A stretch of 64,000 nucleotides of DNA from a virus. Under the pieces are notes generated by a model. It worked only from the letters and a program-made list of their open reading frames with translations. It searched no databases and was not told the origin of the DNA. The stretch is from IMG/VR virus record IMGVR_UViG_3300045135_001049, positions 6,348-70,347 of that record; one strand, 5' to 3'. Position 1 is the first letter of the stretch. Every line of letters starts with the position of its first letter. Positions 1 through 9,439 of the stretch are shown here, one piece after another. The position numbers were made by a program, and so were the translations under genes.

Positions 1-84
1 AGCTTCCCATGCGGCTTGGGCTATATCTTTTGTCGGCTCGCCTTCGTAATGAAGGAAGTTTGTAAACCATTCTTCAAATGTCAT
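1..84 (-). CDS. small hypothetical protein (partial, runs off window)
   Basis: Read manually: MTFEEWFTNFLHYEGEPTKDIAQAAWEA...; start overlaps the end of the upstream ORF 74-277. Confidence 0.55.
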   Translation of the reverse strand, partial: MTFEEWFTNFLHYEGEPTKDIAQAAWEA

Positions 85-277
85 CACTCTTCTCCACTAC
101 AGGTATATCACGCCATTCTGTCTCTCGTACTCCTTCGTACCATTCAGACTCGTAACGCTCCCACTTCTGCTGAAGGATGCGACGAATTACGGTATCTTTA
201 GCAGAATCTCCGTAGTAATATCCCAATACGCTGCGTTCAACAAATTGTAATTCATTAGTTGGTATCCAATCAGTCAT
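74..277 (-). CDS. hypothetical protein
   Basis: 67-aa ORF; ATGA overlap with upstream ORF 274-453, GGAG SD. Confidence 0.65.
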   Translation of the reverse strand: MTDWIPTNELQFVERSVLGYYYGDSAKDTVIRRILQQKWERYESEWYEGVRETEWRDIPVVEKSDDI

Positions 278-453
278 ATAAAATACTCCGGGTATAGGTC
301 CATAATGTTTTCTTTAGTTATGCCTCTACGATTTAGTTCGGCACGAATGTATTCTAGCTCACGTTCCCAAGTGTCAGAAGTAACGTTGCTTGCTGCTCGT
401 CTAGCAATTTCCTGTACTAAATCTTCAGTTGAGTCATAAGCGTAACCAATCAT
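274..453 (-). CDS. hypothetical protein ending YPEYFI (not in ORF track)
   Basis: Read manually: MIGYAYDSTEDLVQEIARRAASNVTSDTWERELEYIRAELNRRGITKENIMDLYPEYFI*, 59 aa, fills the gap between 277 and 455 exactly. Confidence 0.75.
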   Translation of the reverse strand: MIGYAYDSTEDLVQEIARRAASNVTSDTWERELEYIRAELNRRGITKENIMDLYPEYFI

Positions 454-454
454 A

Positions 455-1711
455 TTATTTACCTGTTAATTTAATAGCTCGCATTTTTCCTTGATTCATT
501 TCAGGCATGATTTGACCGCCATCTTCGATAAGCCAGATAACTGGTTTCCCTAGTTTAAAGAAAGGCTGTATGTCATCTTCAAAAAGGTAGCCGTCAGTAG
601 TTACTACAAGAGCATCAAAATCAATCTTGTTTTTACGAAACTCTTCAATTGCTGGCGCTAGAATAGTACCACCACATCGAGTTCGTTCAACTGATCGGGA
701 GTCCCTGGTAAGCTTGCTTGGAGGACTAGCTTCAGTGTCCACTTGAACCATTGTTACTGGTGTATTAAACATATCGCAGATGCTAATGATCTCACCCCAT
801 AATTGTTTTAGAGCATCATCATTTACCGATCCCGACACATCTGAAATTACACCAAGTTCAAATACACGATTTTTAGTACGTCCTTTAATCCAGTTGGCAA
901 AAGGCATTCTTCTGTCTTTTCGGAGCAGTGTTTTTTTAATGTTGGCACGTTTGTTGCCTACAATAGCTCGTAAAACACGTTTCCAATCCACTTCTCGACG
1001 TACCATAAGGTTATCAAGCATGTTGGAATAATTACTAGGTAGAGTACCTTTTGATTTAATAGCCTCATTACCGGCTTTCTCCACCATATTTTTAGTTAAT
1101 TCTTGTTGAAGGGTTGGGTCCCCTTCTGTATCCATCCACAAATCGTGGTCATCCAGAGCAATTCCTCCAGCACCGTTACCTCCTTGACCTCCTTGTTGGA
1201 TCTGATCGTCATCAAGAATTTCGTAGTAGTACTCTGCTGTTTGATTCCAAAGAACATTTTCTTCTTTGGTTGGGATATTGTCTGGGTATAAGGCGTAACT
1301 AGGGAGATGATTTCTGGTAATTTCTTGGTTAAGAGCAGTATCACTAGCTACATTGTATTTCATAAAGTCTTTGTCGCCTACACGCAGCAAATGACCAAGC
1401 GCAATGTGGAGCATTTCATGTTTGATGATACCAATGCGATGTTCAAGTGGCATGTCTGAACAAAAACCCATAGTAGGTTCCATCTCACCGTCATCATTTT
1501 TAGCATAACCGATAACGGGAGATGGGTTAATGTACAAGTTGTAGTGGTCGTTTTTAAAGTTTACGCCAGCTGGAGCTTGTAATTGAGTTGAGAAGACCAC
1601 ACGACATTGAGCAAGTAAGTGCAAATAAAATACATATTCCCGAAAGTATGGGCTTGCTTGCATAGACATATTAGCAATAGCTTCGTCAAAAGCACTACGA
1701 TCAATAGTCAT
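455..1711 (-). CDS. HExxH metallopeptidase-like / vWA domain protein (DUF2201-type, N4 gp25-like)
   Basis: HEMLH zincin motif, Gly-rich linker and DDHDLW, C-terminal vWA MIDAS DVSGS, GGT and TDGY motifs. Confidence 0.88.
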   Translation of the reverse strand: MTIDRSAFDEAIANMSMQASPYFREYVFYLHLLAQCRVVFSTQLQAPAGVNFKNDHYNLYINPSPVIGYAKNDDGEMEPTMGFCSDMPLEHRIGIIKHEMLHIALGHLLRVGDKDFMKYNVASDTALNQEITRNHLPSYALYPDNIPTKEENVLWNQTAEYYYEILDDDQIQQGGQGGNGAGGIALDDHDLWMDTEGDPTLQQELTKNMVEKAGNEAIKSKGTLPSNYSNMLDNLMVRREVDWKRVLRAIVGNKRANIKKTLLRKDRRMPFANWIKGRTKNRVFELGVISDVSGSVNDDALKQLWGEIISICDMFNTPVTMVQVDTEASPPSKLTRDSRSVERTRCGGTILAPAIEEFRKNKIDFDALVVTTDGYLFEDDIQPFFKLGKPVIWLIEDGGQIMPEMNQGKMRAIKLTGK

Positions 1712-1730
1712 AGTAGTCTCCTTTTACATT

Positions 1731-2315
1731 TTAGTAGTGTTGTACTCGGTTACGTGCCTTAGCTTCACGAGTACCAGTGTAGTTACCTACCGCCTGGCCA
1801 GACTTTAGAGAGCCATTCTGGTTGAACACTCGGTTGTAAGTACCCCAAGTACCTGCAGACAGGCGAGTAACCATACCACGGTCTAGCTGTACTTCGCATG
1901 ATTCCTGAATCTCTGCTTCGCCAGCGTAACGAACGATAGTGTTCTTAGTAGGCTCTTTCTCACATACGTGGAATTCGTTGTAGTAGTTTTTAGACTTAAG
2001 GTACAAGCCGTTAGCTCGCATCAACCAGTTGATATCCATCTGAACAGCAACAAGTTTAAGGTTTGAACGGTGTACTTTTGCGTAAGAACCGGTGTTATAG
2101 ATCTTAGTAACGTTAAATAGTTTTACAAGATCAGCACGGCTGATAGTTGAACCTGCTTTAAACAGAGTTTTGTTTTTAGTAATGATATTATCGTAATCAA
2201 TCAGACGTTGCTGACGTTTTGTGATTTTACCCATACGACGAGAAGAAGCCCTAGATGTAGGAGCTGCTGCTGTAGTTGCGGTAATTACTTTTACTTTACG
2301 AGTTGATTTAGCCAT
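1731..2315 (-). CDS. basic hypothetical protein (possible nucleic-acid binding)
   Basis: K/R-rich N-terminus MAKSTRKVKV...; AAGGA SD before ATG 2315. Confidence 0.7.
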   Translation of the reverse strand: MAKSTRKVKVITATTAAAPTSRASSRRMGKITKRQQRLIDYDNIITKNKTLFKAGSTISRADLVKLFNVTKIYNTGSYAKVHRSNLKLVAVQMDINWLMRANGLYLKSKNYYNEFHVCEKEPTKNTIVRYAGEAEIQESCEVQLDRGMVTRLSAGTWGTYNRVFNQNGSLKSGQAVGNYTGTREAKARNRVQHY

Positions 2316-2343
2316 TTTAATGTTTTCCTTTGGTTTATTTAGT

Positions 2344-2547
2344 TTAATCTTCAATGCTTGCGTAGAATCGTGAAGTTCCCATCAAGTCATTCAAGTCATC
2401 ATAAGAAAGATGGTCTGCTGTTGCATAGTAATCGTCTGCAATAGACCCTTCCATGTAACCAAAACCTAACTTCTTAGACTTCTTTTTCTGAATTGCAGCG
2501 TGAGTCTGCAATTTCCGAATCTGTTTTTTGTTAATTTTCTTGCTCAT
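2344..2547 (-). CDS. hypothetical protein (basic N-half, acidic C-half)
   Basis: MSKKINKKQIRK...; GAGGA SD; overlapping operon organisation. Confidence 0.6.
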   Translation of the reverse strand: MSKKINKKQIRKLQTHAAIQKKKSKKLGFGYMEGSIADDYYATADHLSYDDLNDLMGTSRFYASIED

Positions 2548-2728
2548 AATCTTTTTCCTCAACAAATTGTGGACAACCAGATGCCATATTAGCAATAGCC
2601 ATAGGAGCACCTTCCCCGCCCCACCATGCTTCCGCATCATTGATTATTTGTGGCGTTAACTTTCTGCGACATTCCGTATTCCCGCATGGGGAATTACAAA
2701 AAGTCATATCTTTAAAGCCTATCATCAT
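2531..2728 (-). CDS. Cys-rich hypothetical protein
   Basis: DMTFCNSPCGNTECRR...CP pattern seen in small phage proteins. Confidence 0.6.
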   Translation of the reverse strand: MMIGFKDMTFCNSPCGNTECRRKLTPQIINDAEAWWGGEGAPMAIANMASGCPQFVEEKDYEQEN

Positions 2729-2951
2729 CTTCTCCTCTGAATGCAGCACGAAGTTTTTCGTTAAACTCTGCTTCCATACTCCGGTAAAACTCATTTACCT
2801 GAGCTTGTAGAGCAGCAGCCTGCACTAACATCCCTAGTTGAAAGGACGCATAGGCAACTACGCCTACGTAACCCAGCTGAATATAAGTTTCAGGGGTTAT
2901 GGTAATAAGATAAGCGCCAGCAATAGCAAGCACTAGATATATTAAACTCAT
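2712..2951 (-). CDS. hypothetical membrane protein
   Basis: Two hydrophobic segments at N-terminus. Confidence 0.6.
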   Translation of the reverse strand: MSLIYLVLAIAGAYLITITPETYIQLGYVGVVAYASFQLGMLVQAAALQAQVNEFYRSMEAEFNEKLRAAFRGEDDDRL

Positions 2952-3160
2952 TTCATTCCCTCGCATTTAACTCCCCATTCTTTATAGTCTGGGTGAATTC
3001 CCGCACATACATTTTCTTTATATGTACGTTCAAAAAGAACTGCGTCTTCGTAGTCCATTTTTCCTGCTATTCCCATAAAAGCCAAAAAAATAAGAACAAC
3101 GACAAGAAAAATAAGCCTTTCCATGATTTTTTGTGGAATTTGAGACATTATCTTCTCCAT
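2948..3160 (-). CDS. hypothetical membrane protein
   Basis: One TM segment followed by GKMDYEDA...C...PDY..C. Confidence 0.65.
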   Translation of the reverse strand: MEKIMSQIPQKIMERLIFLVVVLIFLAFMGIAGKMDYEDAVLFERTYKENVCAGIHPDYKEWGVKCEGMK

Positions 3161-3366
3161 TTAATTTCATGTTCATAAAAATCGTCGTTATCTAACGATC
3201 GATACTCCGTAATATTAATGTACCAGCCATACAGCATGTCCAAAGTACGTACATAAATAAGTACATCCTCCCATTCATACCCTTCTGAGACAAAAAATTC
3301 CTCTTTATCGACCATGTATTCTGGTTTAGTAATCCATACTGCCCAGCCAACAACTTTTGAGTCCAT
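3148..3366 (-). CDS. hypothetical protein
   Basis: MDSKVVGWAVW...; GGAG SD before ATG 3366. Confidence 0.55.
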   Translation of the reverse strand: MDSKVVGWAVWITKPEYMVDKEEFFVSEGYEWEDVLIYVRTLDMLYGWYINITEYRSLDNDDFYEHEIKWRR

Positions 3367-3483
3367 AACTTTCTCCAAATAAAAAAGAAAAATAGTTCCG
3401 TTTTTCCTAAGAATAAAAAATGGAACAATAATTTTCACTTGTATAGTAAGAATTAATCACTATATTCCCGCTTTATACAAAAG

Positions 3484-3489
3484 TATAAT
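3484..3489 (+). promoter_or_regulatory. sigma70-like -10 box (TATAAT) upstream of DUF1127 gene
   Basis: Consensus TATAAT 28 nt upstream of ATG 3517; AT-rich upstream, no clear -35. Confidence 0.5.
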
Positions 3490-3516
3490 ACACCCTCACA
3501 CACAAAGGAATTATTT

Positions 3517-3687
3517 ATGAAACACAAAATTAAAAGAACGATCCAACGCATTTTCATCTCAATGATTCGTGCGCAAGAAAAAAGAGCAGTCGAGCATATT
3601 CTTTACCGTCTTTCCAAACGAGAATTAGATGACATTGGTATTAGCCGTTCTGACATCTCTCGTATTGCTGCAGGTATGAAAAAATAA
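3517..3687 (+). CDS. DUF1127 (YjiS-like) small protein (not in ORF track)
   Basis: Read manually: MKHKIKRTIQRIFISMIRAQEKRAVEHILYRLSKRELDDIGISRSDISRIAAGMKK*; LxxLSxRELxDIGISRSDI is the DUF1127 signature; AAAGGA SD. Confidence 0.85.
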   Translation: MKHKIKRTIQRIFISMIRAQEKRAVEHILYRLSKRELDDIGISRSDISRIAAGMKK

Positions 3688-3712
3688 AGCCGATACCCCG
3701 AAGGGTACCGAC
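3680..3712 (-). terminator. rho-independent terminator (possibly bidirectional)
   Basis: Minus strand GTCGGTACCC-TTCG-GGGTATCGGC followed by TTTATTTTT. Confidence 0.8.
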
Positions 3713-3720
3713 TGACACAG

Positions 3721-3996
3721 TTAATCTAGTTCTAGTGACAACTGCTCTAAACGTTTGTTGATAATATTCAACGCATAGCTAGTTACTTCGATGGCATCTT
3801 CATCTACATAGCGATCGATTACCGATTCCTGTGAGATGGAGTCCATCCATTTATTGATTAGTCGACCGAATGCTTTCTTACGATTGCCTTCTGCAAGTGC
3901 TTCCACGATCACCTGATCATGTGAAGCCATGCTTACTAGACGGTTGACTACTTGCTTACGCTGTTTGTTTACTCGTGAACGACGTACTCTACGCAT
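3721..3996 (-). CDS. hypothetical protein, Arg-rich N-terminus
   Basis: 91-aa ORF with AAGGA SD, directly after RNAP subunit 2. Confidence 0.7.
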   Translation of the reverse strand: MRRVRRSRVNKQRKQVVNRLVSMASHDQVIVEALAEGNRKKAFGRLINKWMDSISQESVIDRYVDEDAIEVTSYALNIINKRLEQLSLELD

Positions 3997-4007
3997 GATA
4001 TTTTCCT

Positions 4008-5135
4008 TTACTTAAGTGCCATTGAGCTGGCTGTGAATGTACCTTCAAACGGTACTACTTTAGATTTTAGGTTATTCCATTCTTCTTGAGCTTTACCTGG
4101 TGAGATACCAATGCTAATGAAGAAGTCTTTTAGAATTTCTTTACGGTTCTCGTAAATCTTCTCTAGTTCTTCTCCATACCATTTACGCACATCAGCCGCA
4201 GCTGCAGGTGACACAATGAATGCGTCATGAATAGGAATACCCCATCCATACTTGTCCATAACTTTACCAATTACCTTATTGGCAACTTGGCTATCAAGGT
4301 TATGTACAAGCAAAGTCATGAAGTAACGCTTGAATTGCTTTAGATCTGGTACTCGTTTAGTATCCATATGCAATACAGTATTGTACTGCTTATCTTCGCT
4401 ATCCCAGATCTTGTACGCTCTAGCCTTCTCTCCTACATTTCGGTAGCGGTTACAGCTAACATCAAACTCTTCATTCCAGATCTTGACTTTCATTGAGCTC
4501 TTAGGTGCAGCATTGTTGATAATGAACTCCTTCAACATATTTGCTACACCGAATGGACCATCTGCCATTTCTTTAGTGTACAATGCAATATCTTCAGGAC
4601 CATACTGGATCCCGTTGTCTTGCCATAGTTCACCACATGTTTTGCTAGAGCCATACAGCATTGGTGTTGCTGCTTTCTTTAGCATTTGACGAGACATACC
4701 TTCTAGTTTCCAAGGATCTTCCAGAGTTTCTCCAATTACATTGGTCATCTCCATTAGACGCTTGTCACCCAATAGAATACCTTCATACTGCAGCATAGAT
4801 GCTGACGCATCCAGCTCAATAGGTACAGTCCATTTGTAGGTCTCATCACGGTAGTTGTGCTCACTGTGCACGGATAGGTGTCGTACTAGGCTAGATCCTT
4901 TCCCTTTCGGTATACGAAAGTAGTCGTCTAGCTCAGCATACAGACGCTCAAGCCACATGTTTTCATGTAGCTCTTTGCGATCTTCTTCATCTGCAAGATC
5001 AAGATCATGCAAGTTACCCATAATGTAGTCTGTTTGACCACATGCAACCTTAAGCTCAGTGTTACCTGAGCCTGGTTTGAATGAGCCTGATAGCTCTGCA
5101 ATGAATAGGAATACTGCTTCACATTCTGTACGCAT
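4008..5135 (-). CDS. N4-like RNA polymerase II, catalytic subunit (gp16-like, T7-type C-terminal half)
   Basis: Motif A PIELDASASMLQ, motif B RQMLKKAATPMLYGS, motif C IHDAF, plus VHNLDS. Confidence 0.92.
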   Translation of the reverse strand: MRTECEAVFLFIAELSGSFKPGSGNTELKVACGQTDYIMGNLHDLDLADEEDRKELHENMWLERLYAELDDYFRIPKGKGSSLVRHLSVHSEHNYRDETYKWTVPIELDASASMLQYEGILLGDKRLMEMTNVIGETLEDPWKLEGMSRQMLKKAATPMLYGSSKTCGELWQDNGIQYGPEDIALYTKEMADGPFGVANMLKEFIINNAAPKSSMKVKIWNEEFDVSCNRYRNVGEKARAYKIWDSEDKQYNTVLHMDTKRVPDLKQFKRYFMTLLVHNLDSQVANKVIGKVMDKYGWGIPIHDAFIVSPAAAADVRKWYGEELEKIYENRKEILKDFFISIGISPGKAQEEWNNLKSKVVPFEGTFTASSMALK

Positions 5136-5151
5136 GACGTACCTCCATTTG

Positions 5152-5898
5152 TTAATCTTCGTAAGTGATGACCAGTGCAGACCTGAAGTCTTTACTACTG
5201 ATCGGATTAGCCACTTTCTTTAATGCCTGACTAATAGCACGTCCACGGCTATCACTGATGCTATCACCTGTAGTGAAAGTCTCATACCTGTGATAACTAT
5301 GCCAATCGAAGATTCCACAAGATACTTTATCGTAACTTGCATCATCAGATTGCATTTCTGGATACTCCTGACGGATCTTATCCATAGATTTAGTAAGATT
5401 CAGCTTGACAGCCTTCTCATACTCTTTCAGTTTTGCCATATCGTATCCAAACTGAGTATTACCAGCATCACGGAATCCTGTACGCACTAATCCAGTACGT
5501 TTAGTCTTACCATTCTGCCTCACTAGTTTAGATGCCCTAGCTTCACGACACTCAAGCAGATATTTATCGTACTTGTAGTTTGCTTTGATGCTATTAAGCT
5601 CATCCACATCTACATAGTCGTACAATTTATCAGCATTAAGCTTCAGTGATGCCCATTTACGACCTGTTAGACTACGACTTTCTACCCAATTATGGGCACA
5701 TAGACGTCGTACAATGTCGTTATAGAGCTTTGGTCCCAGTTTGTCGTACCAGAACAGTCCGTTGGTATCGCTATCATTAAGGAAATTCATCCATACTGCT
5801 TTCCAGAATGAGCGGATTTCATTTTCCTGCTCTGGATAATCAGTAAAGATAGCTGAACCTGGATATTCTAGCCGTCCTTCAAGTAGTTGCTCACGCAT
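5152..5898 (-). CDS. N4-like RNA polymerase II, subunit 1 (gp15-like)
   Basis: C-terminal DSRGRA (DxRGR motif of T7-type RNAPs); adjacent to the catalytic subunit. Confidence 0.82.
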   Translation of the reverse strand: MREQLLEGRLEYPGSAIFTDYPEQENEIRSFWKAVWMNFLNDSDTNGLFWYDKLGPKLYNDIVRRLCAHNWVESRSLTGRKWASLKLNADKLYDYVDVDELNSIKANYKYDKYLLECREARASKLVRQNGKTKRTGLVRTGFRDAGNTQFGYDMAKLKEYEKAVKLNLTKSMDKIRQEYPEMQSDDASYDKVSCGIFDWHSYHRYETFTTGDSISDSRGRAISQALKKVANPISSKDFRSALVITYED

Positions 5899-5926
5899 GA
5901 GACTATCTCCTGAGTTTAGTTTACAT

Positions 5927-5955
5927 AAAAGAGTAGAGGGACTTTCGCCCCTCTA
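5927..5955 (-). terminator. rho-independent terminator
   Basis: Minus strand TAGAGGGG-CGAAAG-TCCCTCTA then CTCTTTT. Confidence 0.7.
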
Positions 5956-5968
5956 GGTGTTACGCGTA

Positions 5969-6616
5969 TTACAGTACAAATTCCACTTCTGCGATTGCTT
6001 CTTGAGCTTGCTCGTAGGCTTTCTCAGCAGTTTCCTGTGCACGTAGGAACTCTTTCTCAAAGTTCTCTTCGGTAATTGCTGACACATCAGCTACTACCCC
6101 TAGTTCCGATTGCAACACGCTAAGCACATTACGTACTGCAGGCACGTTGTACGGTACTTCGTCTACAATCACGTTGTTGTTACGTGAGTAGTAAGCTGGT
6201 GTACCGAATGCAGCTACTGTCTTCTCAATCAGTTCCATGTTCAGACCTGTCTCAATGAGAAGCAGATCTTTGTGTTCCTGGCAAGAGTACAGAATACCTG
6301 TAGCAATCTGATACATCAGGTCAACCTGTGTACCATAGTTGTAGCGGTGCTTACCTGCCCACTTACGCATATCATCTGTTTTACGGTTCTTGATAGGCAT
6401 ACTGCTAACCAGACCTTCACAGATACCGACCATTGACTGAAGTTTCTCAGTCTGTAGTCGACTAGCTTCCATTGCTGCACGTGCATTCAGTAGTTCTTCA
6501 CTACCTTCACGCTCAATAGTAGCTTGCAACAGTGCAACCTGTACTTTCTCACGGAGTTTCTCCGCATTGGCTGCTTTGATTGCTTCTGCTTTTGCTTTCA
6601 ATTCTTCGATGTTCAT
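5969..6616 (-). CDS. hypothetical coiled-coil protein
   Basis: 215-aa ORF, AAGGA SD, helical A/E/K-rich termini. Confidence 0.8.
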   Translation of the reverse strand: MNIEELKAKAEAIKAANAEKLREKVQVALLQATIEREGSEELLNARAAMEASRLQTEKLQSMVGICEGLVSSMPIKNRKTDDMRKWAGKHRYNYGTQVDLMYQIATGILYSCQEHKDLLLIETGLNMELIEKTVAAFGTPAYYSRNNNVIVDEVPYNVPAVRNVLSVLQSELGVVADVSAITEENFEKEFLRAQETAEKAYEQAQEAIAEVEFVL

Positions 6617-6654
6617 GTGATATTTTCCTTTTGTTTCAGTTAGTTAAGTTGTTT

Positions 6655-6924
6655 TTACACCATGACCCATGGACATGAGTCAGGTGTATATAGTATTTCC
6701 ATTCCATCATAGTCTTCTATGAAGTAACGGTCTTCGTCTATCTCGACAATAATGATATCCCCTACATTTTTGCAAGATTCGACACATTGGATAACTAATG
6801 GATCATGACGTTCTAGACCATAGTAATCTCGGTCAACTACACCATGACTTGCCATCCATATCCGCATTTCTTCGGTGAACATGAATCCACCCCAGTTAGC
6901 ATTGATTGCCACCTTAGTCGCCAT
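6655..6924 (-). CDS. conserved phage hypothetical protein
   Basis: KVAINANWGGF...RHDPLVIQCVE...IEDYDGME pattern is a widespread phage family. Confidence 0.75.
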   Translation of the reverse strand: MATKVAINANWGGFMFTEEMRIWMASHGVVDRDYYGLERHDPLVIQCVESCKNVGDIIIVEIDEDRYFIEDYDGMEILYTPDSCPWVMV

Positions 6925-7035
6925 ACACTAGCTCCCAATGTTGATACGTTACCTTAACCATCAGTACTTCAAGCGATGACTTCTCTTTCGAGTAACACAG
7001 ACGTCTCCCTGTGTTCTTATCCACTAGATACCACA

Positions 7036-7251
7036 TTACCATCTCCTTCTAGTTTGCTCATCCAGATCTTCGAACCAAGTATCCTGTTCGTAATCAAGCT
7101 CTAGATCTGCACCTGACTCAGATGCATAGGTTTCACATTCTATCTGGATCATGTCCAGCATATGCTCACATTCATTCGGATCATAATCTTCAGCATTACC
7201 CGCTGCTAGATAATCTCTAAACATATCCACAATGTATTCAGGATATCTCAT
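7036..7251 (-). CDS. acidic hypothetical protein
   Basis: 71-aa ORF starting MRYPEY; TAATG coupling. Confidence 0.65.
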   Translation of the reverse strand: MRYPEYIVDMFRDYLAAGNAEDYDPNECEHMLDMIQIECETYASESGADLELDYEQDTWFEDLDEQTRRRW

Positions 7252-7421
7252 TACATGTACTCCTCGTCGTCTATCTTACGAACGGTAAAGGTTGATTCAT
7301 ACTGTCCAGTCTCTTGGACATACTTACACATTGCAATGTAAGCCTCTTCTCCTGACGAGAATAAGCCAATCACTAGTTCTTTACTGTTATCCATTGGTTG
7401 CACTAGTTCATATGCTGTCAT
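7251..7421 (-). CDS. hypothetical protein (not in ORF track)
   Basis: Read manually: MTAYELVQPMDNSKELVIGLFSSGEEAYIAM...DDEEYM*, 56 aa, coupled by ATGA and TAATG overlaps. Confidence 0.65.
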   Translation of the reverse strand: MTAYELVQPMDNSKELVIGLFSSGEEAYIAMCKYVQETGQYESTFTVRKIDDEEYM

Positions 7422-7729
7422 ATAAATTCCTCTGGGTATTCCTCATAATAGCTGTCCACTAGATCTTCTACTTCGTCTATGTAAACCAAGTCTTCGTTAC
7501 CGAGCACCACACGTAATGCTGCTCGTTTACCGTTAGTAGTTTTATATTCAGAGCAAGAAGATTCGTTTATATACTTAATTTTTACAATGATCATACTGTA
7601 TATATCTGCCATTCTTAACGAAGTCGCAACTATATAGTCTATACGGTCATCTTCATGAGCATAGTCATACCAATCAATCTTACCTGTAGTTCTTTCCACA
7701 TAATAGTTAAAGCCATTATGATTTATCAT
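7418..7729 (-). CDS. hypothetical protein ending YPEEFI
   Basis: 103-aa ORF with AGGAG SD. Confidence 0.7.
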   Translation of the reverse strand: MINHNGFNYYVERTTGKIDWYDYAHEDDRIDYIVATSLRMADIYSMIIVKIKYINESSCSEYKTTNGKRAALRVVLGNEDLVYIDEVEDLVDSYYEEYPEEFI

Positions 7730-8125
7730 AGGCTATCTCCTATAAAAGGTCAGCAGTGTTAAAGTATACTACAACGTCACCTGTTCTATCTGAGGTGTAC
7801 CATACTTTGCATTCGTTATCTTGCTGACGCAGGTTGATGTAGACACCTTTAGGTATCTTGAAATACTTACGTGCCAGCATCTTGATCAGTGTTCTGTGGT
7901 TGATAGTTTCCATGTTGTTTACCTGTATGTGTTGTACTTAGGATTATGCAGATTTTGCATAATTAGGTGTGCTTAAGTTGTTGATAATATTACTTAGTAA
8001 AGTATGTGTACGAAGATGTACTCAAATACTAAGTGACTATCTGTATGATTAAGCAGGTCAAAATTGGTAGGAAATGGAGAATACTAGCCCAGATTGCTCT
8101 GGGACTAGCATATAATTGCGTGTAC

Positions 8126-8356
8126 TTACTCGTCTACGCGGAAATGTTGCATGATTTCCCCATGAGAGTACAAAGTCTTTCCATCAGTTCTGTGTTTGAA
8201 TGACTCAAAGTTTTCTGATCGATCGATTACTGCATCCCCAATAATCTTTTCTGCCTGTACCTGTGTAGTACTACGTAGCATTACTGCTAACGTGTTCAAT
8301 ACACTGGAGAATTTCCACAGTAGGACAATGCCTACTACTAACATTAATAGTTCCAT
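8126..8356 (-). CDS. hypothetical membrane protein
   Basis: MELLMLVVGIVLLWKF N-terminal TM; GAGGA SD before ATG 8356. Confidence 0.65.
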   Translation of the reverse strand: MELLMLVVGIVLLWKFSSVLNTLAVMLRSTTQVQAEKIIGDAVIDRSENFESFKHRTDGKTLYSHGEIMQHFRVDE

Positions 8357-8489
8357 TTGTTTTCCTCTTGAGTTAATGATCATTAAGATAGTCAGACTAT
8401 CCCACACAACCGTGACCAAGCCTGAACTGGCACCCCCCTTCGCTAGCGCTCAGGTGGCTATCACAACAGTGTCGTGTCGTGTCAGTGTC

Positions 8490-8520
8490 AAAAAAAAAAG
8501 GTGAGGACCCGAAGGTCCCC
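8490..8520 (-). terminator. rho-independent terminator
   Basis: Minus strand GGGGACC-TTCG-GGTCCTC then ACC and T10. Confidence 0.8.
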
Positions 8521-8767
8521 AACTCTTATAGTACTGTGATTGCGGCAGTGAATCCTGCGATGAATCCTAGCGATGCTCCGACTGTGAAGTAGAGTACCAC
8601 TAGTTCATTTGCTGCCTTACGTGCTCGACGAGTTACCATTGTTCTTTTCTCCTGTATGTACCATTGTTACTACACCATTAACGACGTAGTATAGACGTTG
8701 AGTGCCAGCTGTTTGACGCTGAACTTCTTTACATTTAGTAGCCATAGTCTGGTTCATGATGTACTCC

Positions 8768-9061
8768 TTAGCGTACTGACTTGATGTAAGCAACTAGGTG
8801 GTTTGCTGCTACAAGTGCTTCTACACCTGTGGCCTCTACACCGATTGCCTTGAGAAGTTCGTGGCTTGTCTCTACTCGTGAGATAGCTGCCTGACCTTCT
8901 GCGTTCTGTGCAAGCATACGACCTGCACCTGCTAGAGTACCGATTGCAGCGAACACTTCGCCCACTGCACCAGTAGTTTCTGAGTACACCATGCCGAGTC
9001 CACCTTTCTTAGGTTCAGCGATTGGTGGTAGTTGGATTGAGTTGTTCTGTTTAGTAGCCAT
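8768..9061 (-). CDS. early hypothetical protein
   Basis: 97-aa ORF, TAATG-coupled, GGAGG SD. Confidence 0.7.
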   Translation of the reverse strand: MATKQNNSIQLPPIAEPKKGGLGMVYSETTGAVGEVFAAIGTLAGAGRMLAQNAEGQAAISRVETSHELLKAIGVEATGVEALVAANHLVAYIKSVR

Positions 9062-9381
9062 TAGTAAGCCTCCACTTTAGCTAGTTGGGTAGTCACTGGC
9101 ATGTCATCTTTAACAAGCTCAGCGATGATGTAGGTAACCTCGTCCTTATCCCTACGGAATCCAGTCACAGCTTCAGTGAGCCACTCAGGATTGTGAGATG
9201 CGATGAGGTTGAGGTTGATGTTGTTGAGCTTGATCTGCTCTTCACCTTCACGATTCACACTTGCGTCTAAGCGAAGTACGAACTGTGCTGGTAGTTTAAC
9301 ATCGGTTTTTGTTTGGAAGACCTTGATAGGTTTGCTCTTCACGTTGCCGTTAATTGCACGGACTAAGATGGTATCAGCCAT
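9061..9381 (-). CDS. early hypothetical protein (first gene of leftward unit)
   Basis: MADTILVRA...; AGGAG SD before ATG 9381. Confidence 0.7.
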   Translation of the reverse strand: MADTILVRAINGNVKSKPIKVFQTKTDVKLPAQFVLRLDASVNREGEEQIKLNNINLNLIASHNPEWLTEAVTGFRRDKDEVTYIIAELVKDDMPVTTQLAKVEAY

Positions 9382-9439
9382 GGTATCTCTCCTGTTGGCG
9401 TTAATGGTACAGCCCCTGTGGCCACACCCGTACACAATA

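Noticed and set aside
4008-5898. Split RNA polymerase as a frameshift or pseudogene
   Set aside because: A heterodimeric RNAP II is normal for N4-like phages; both genes have SD sequences and intact motifs
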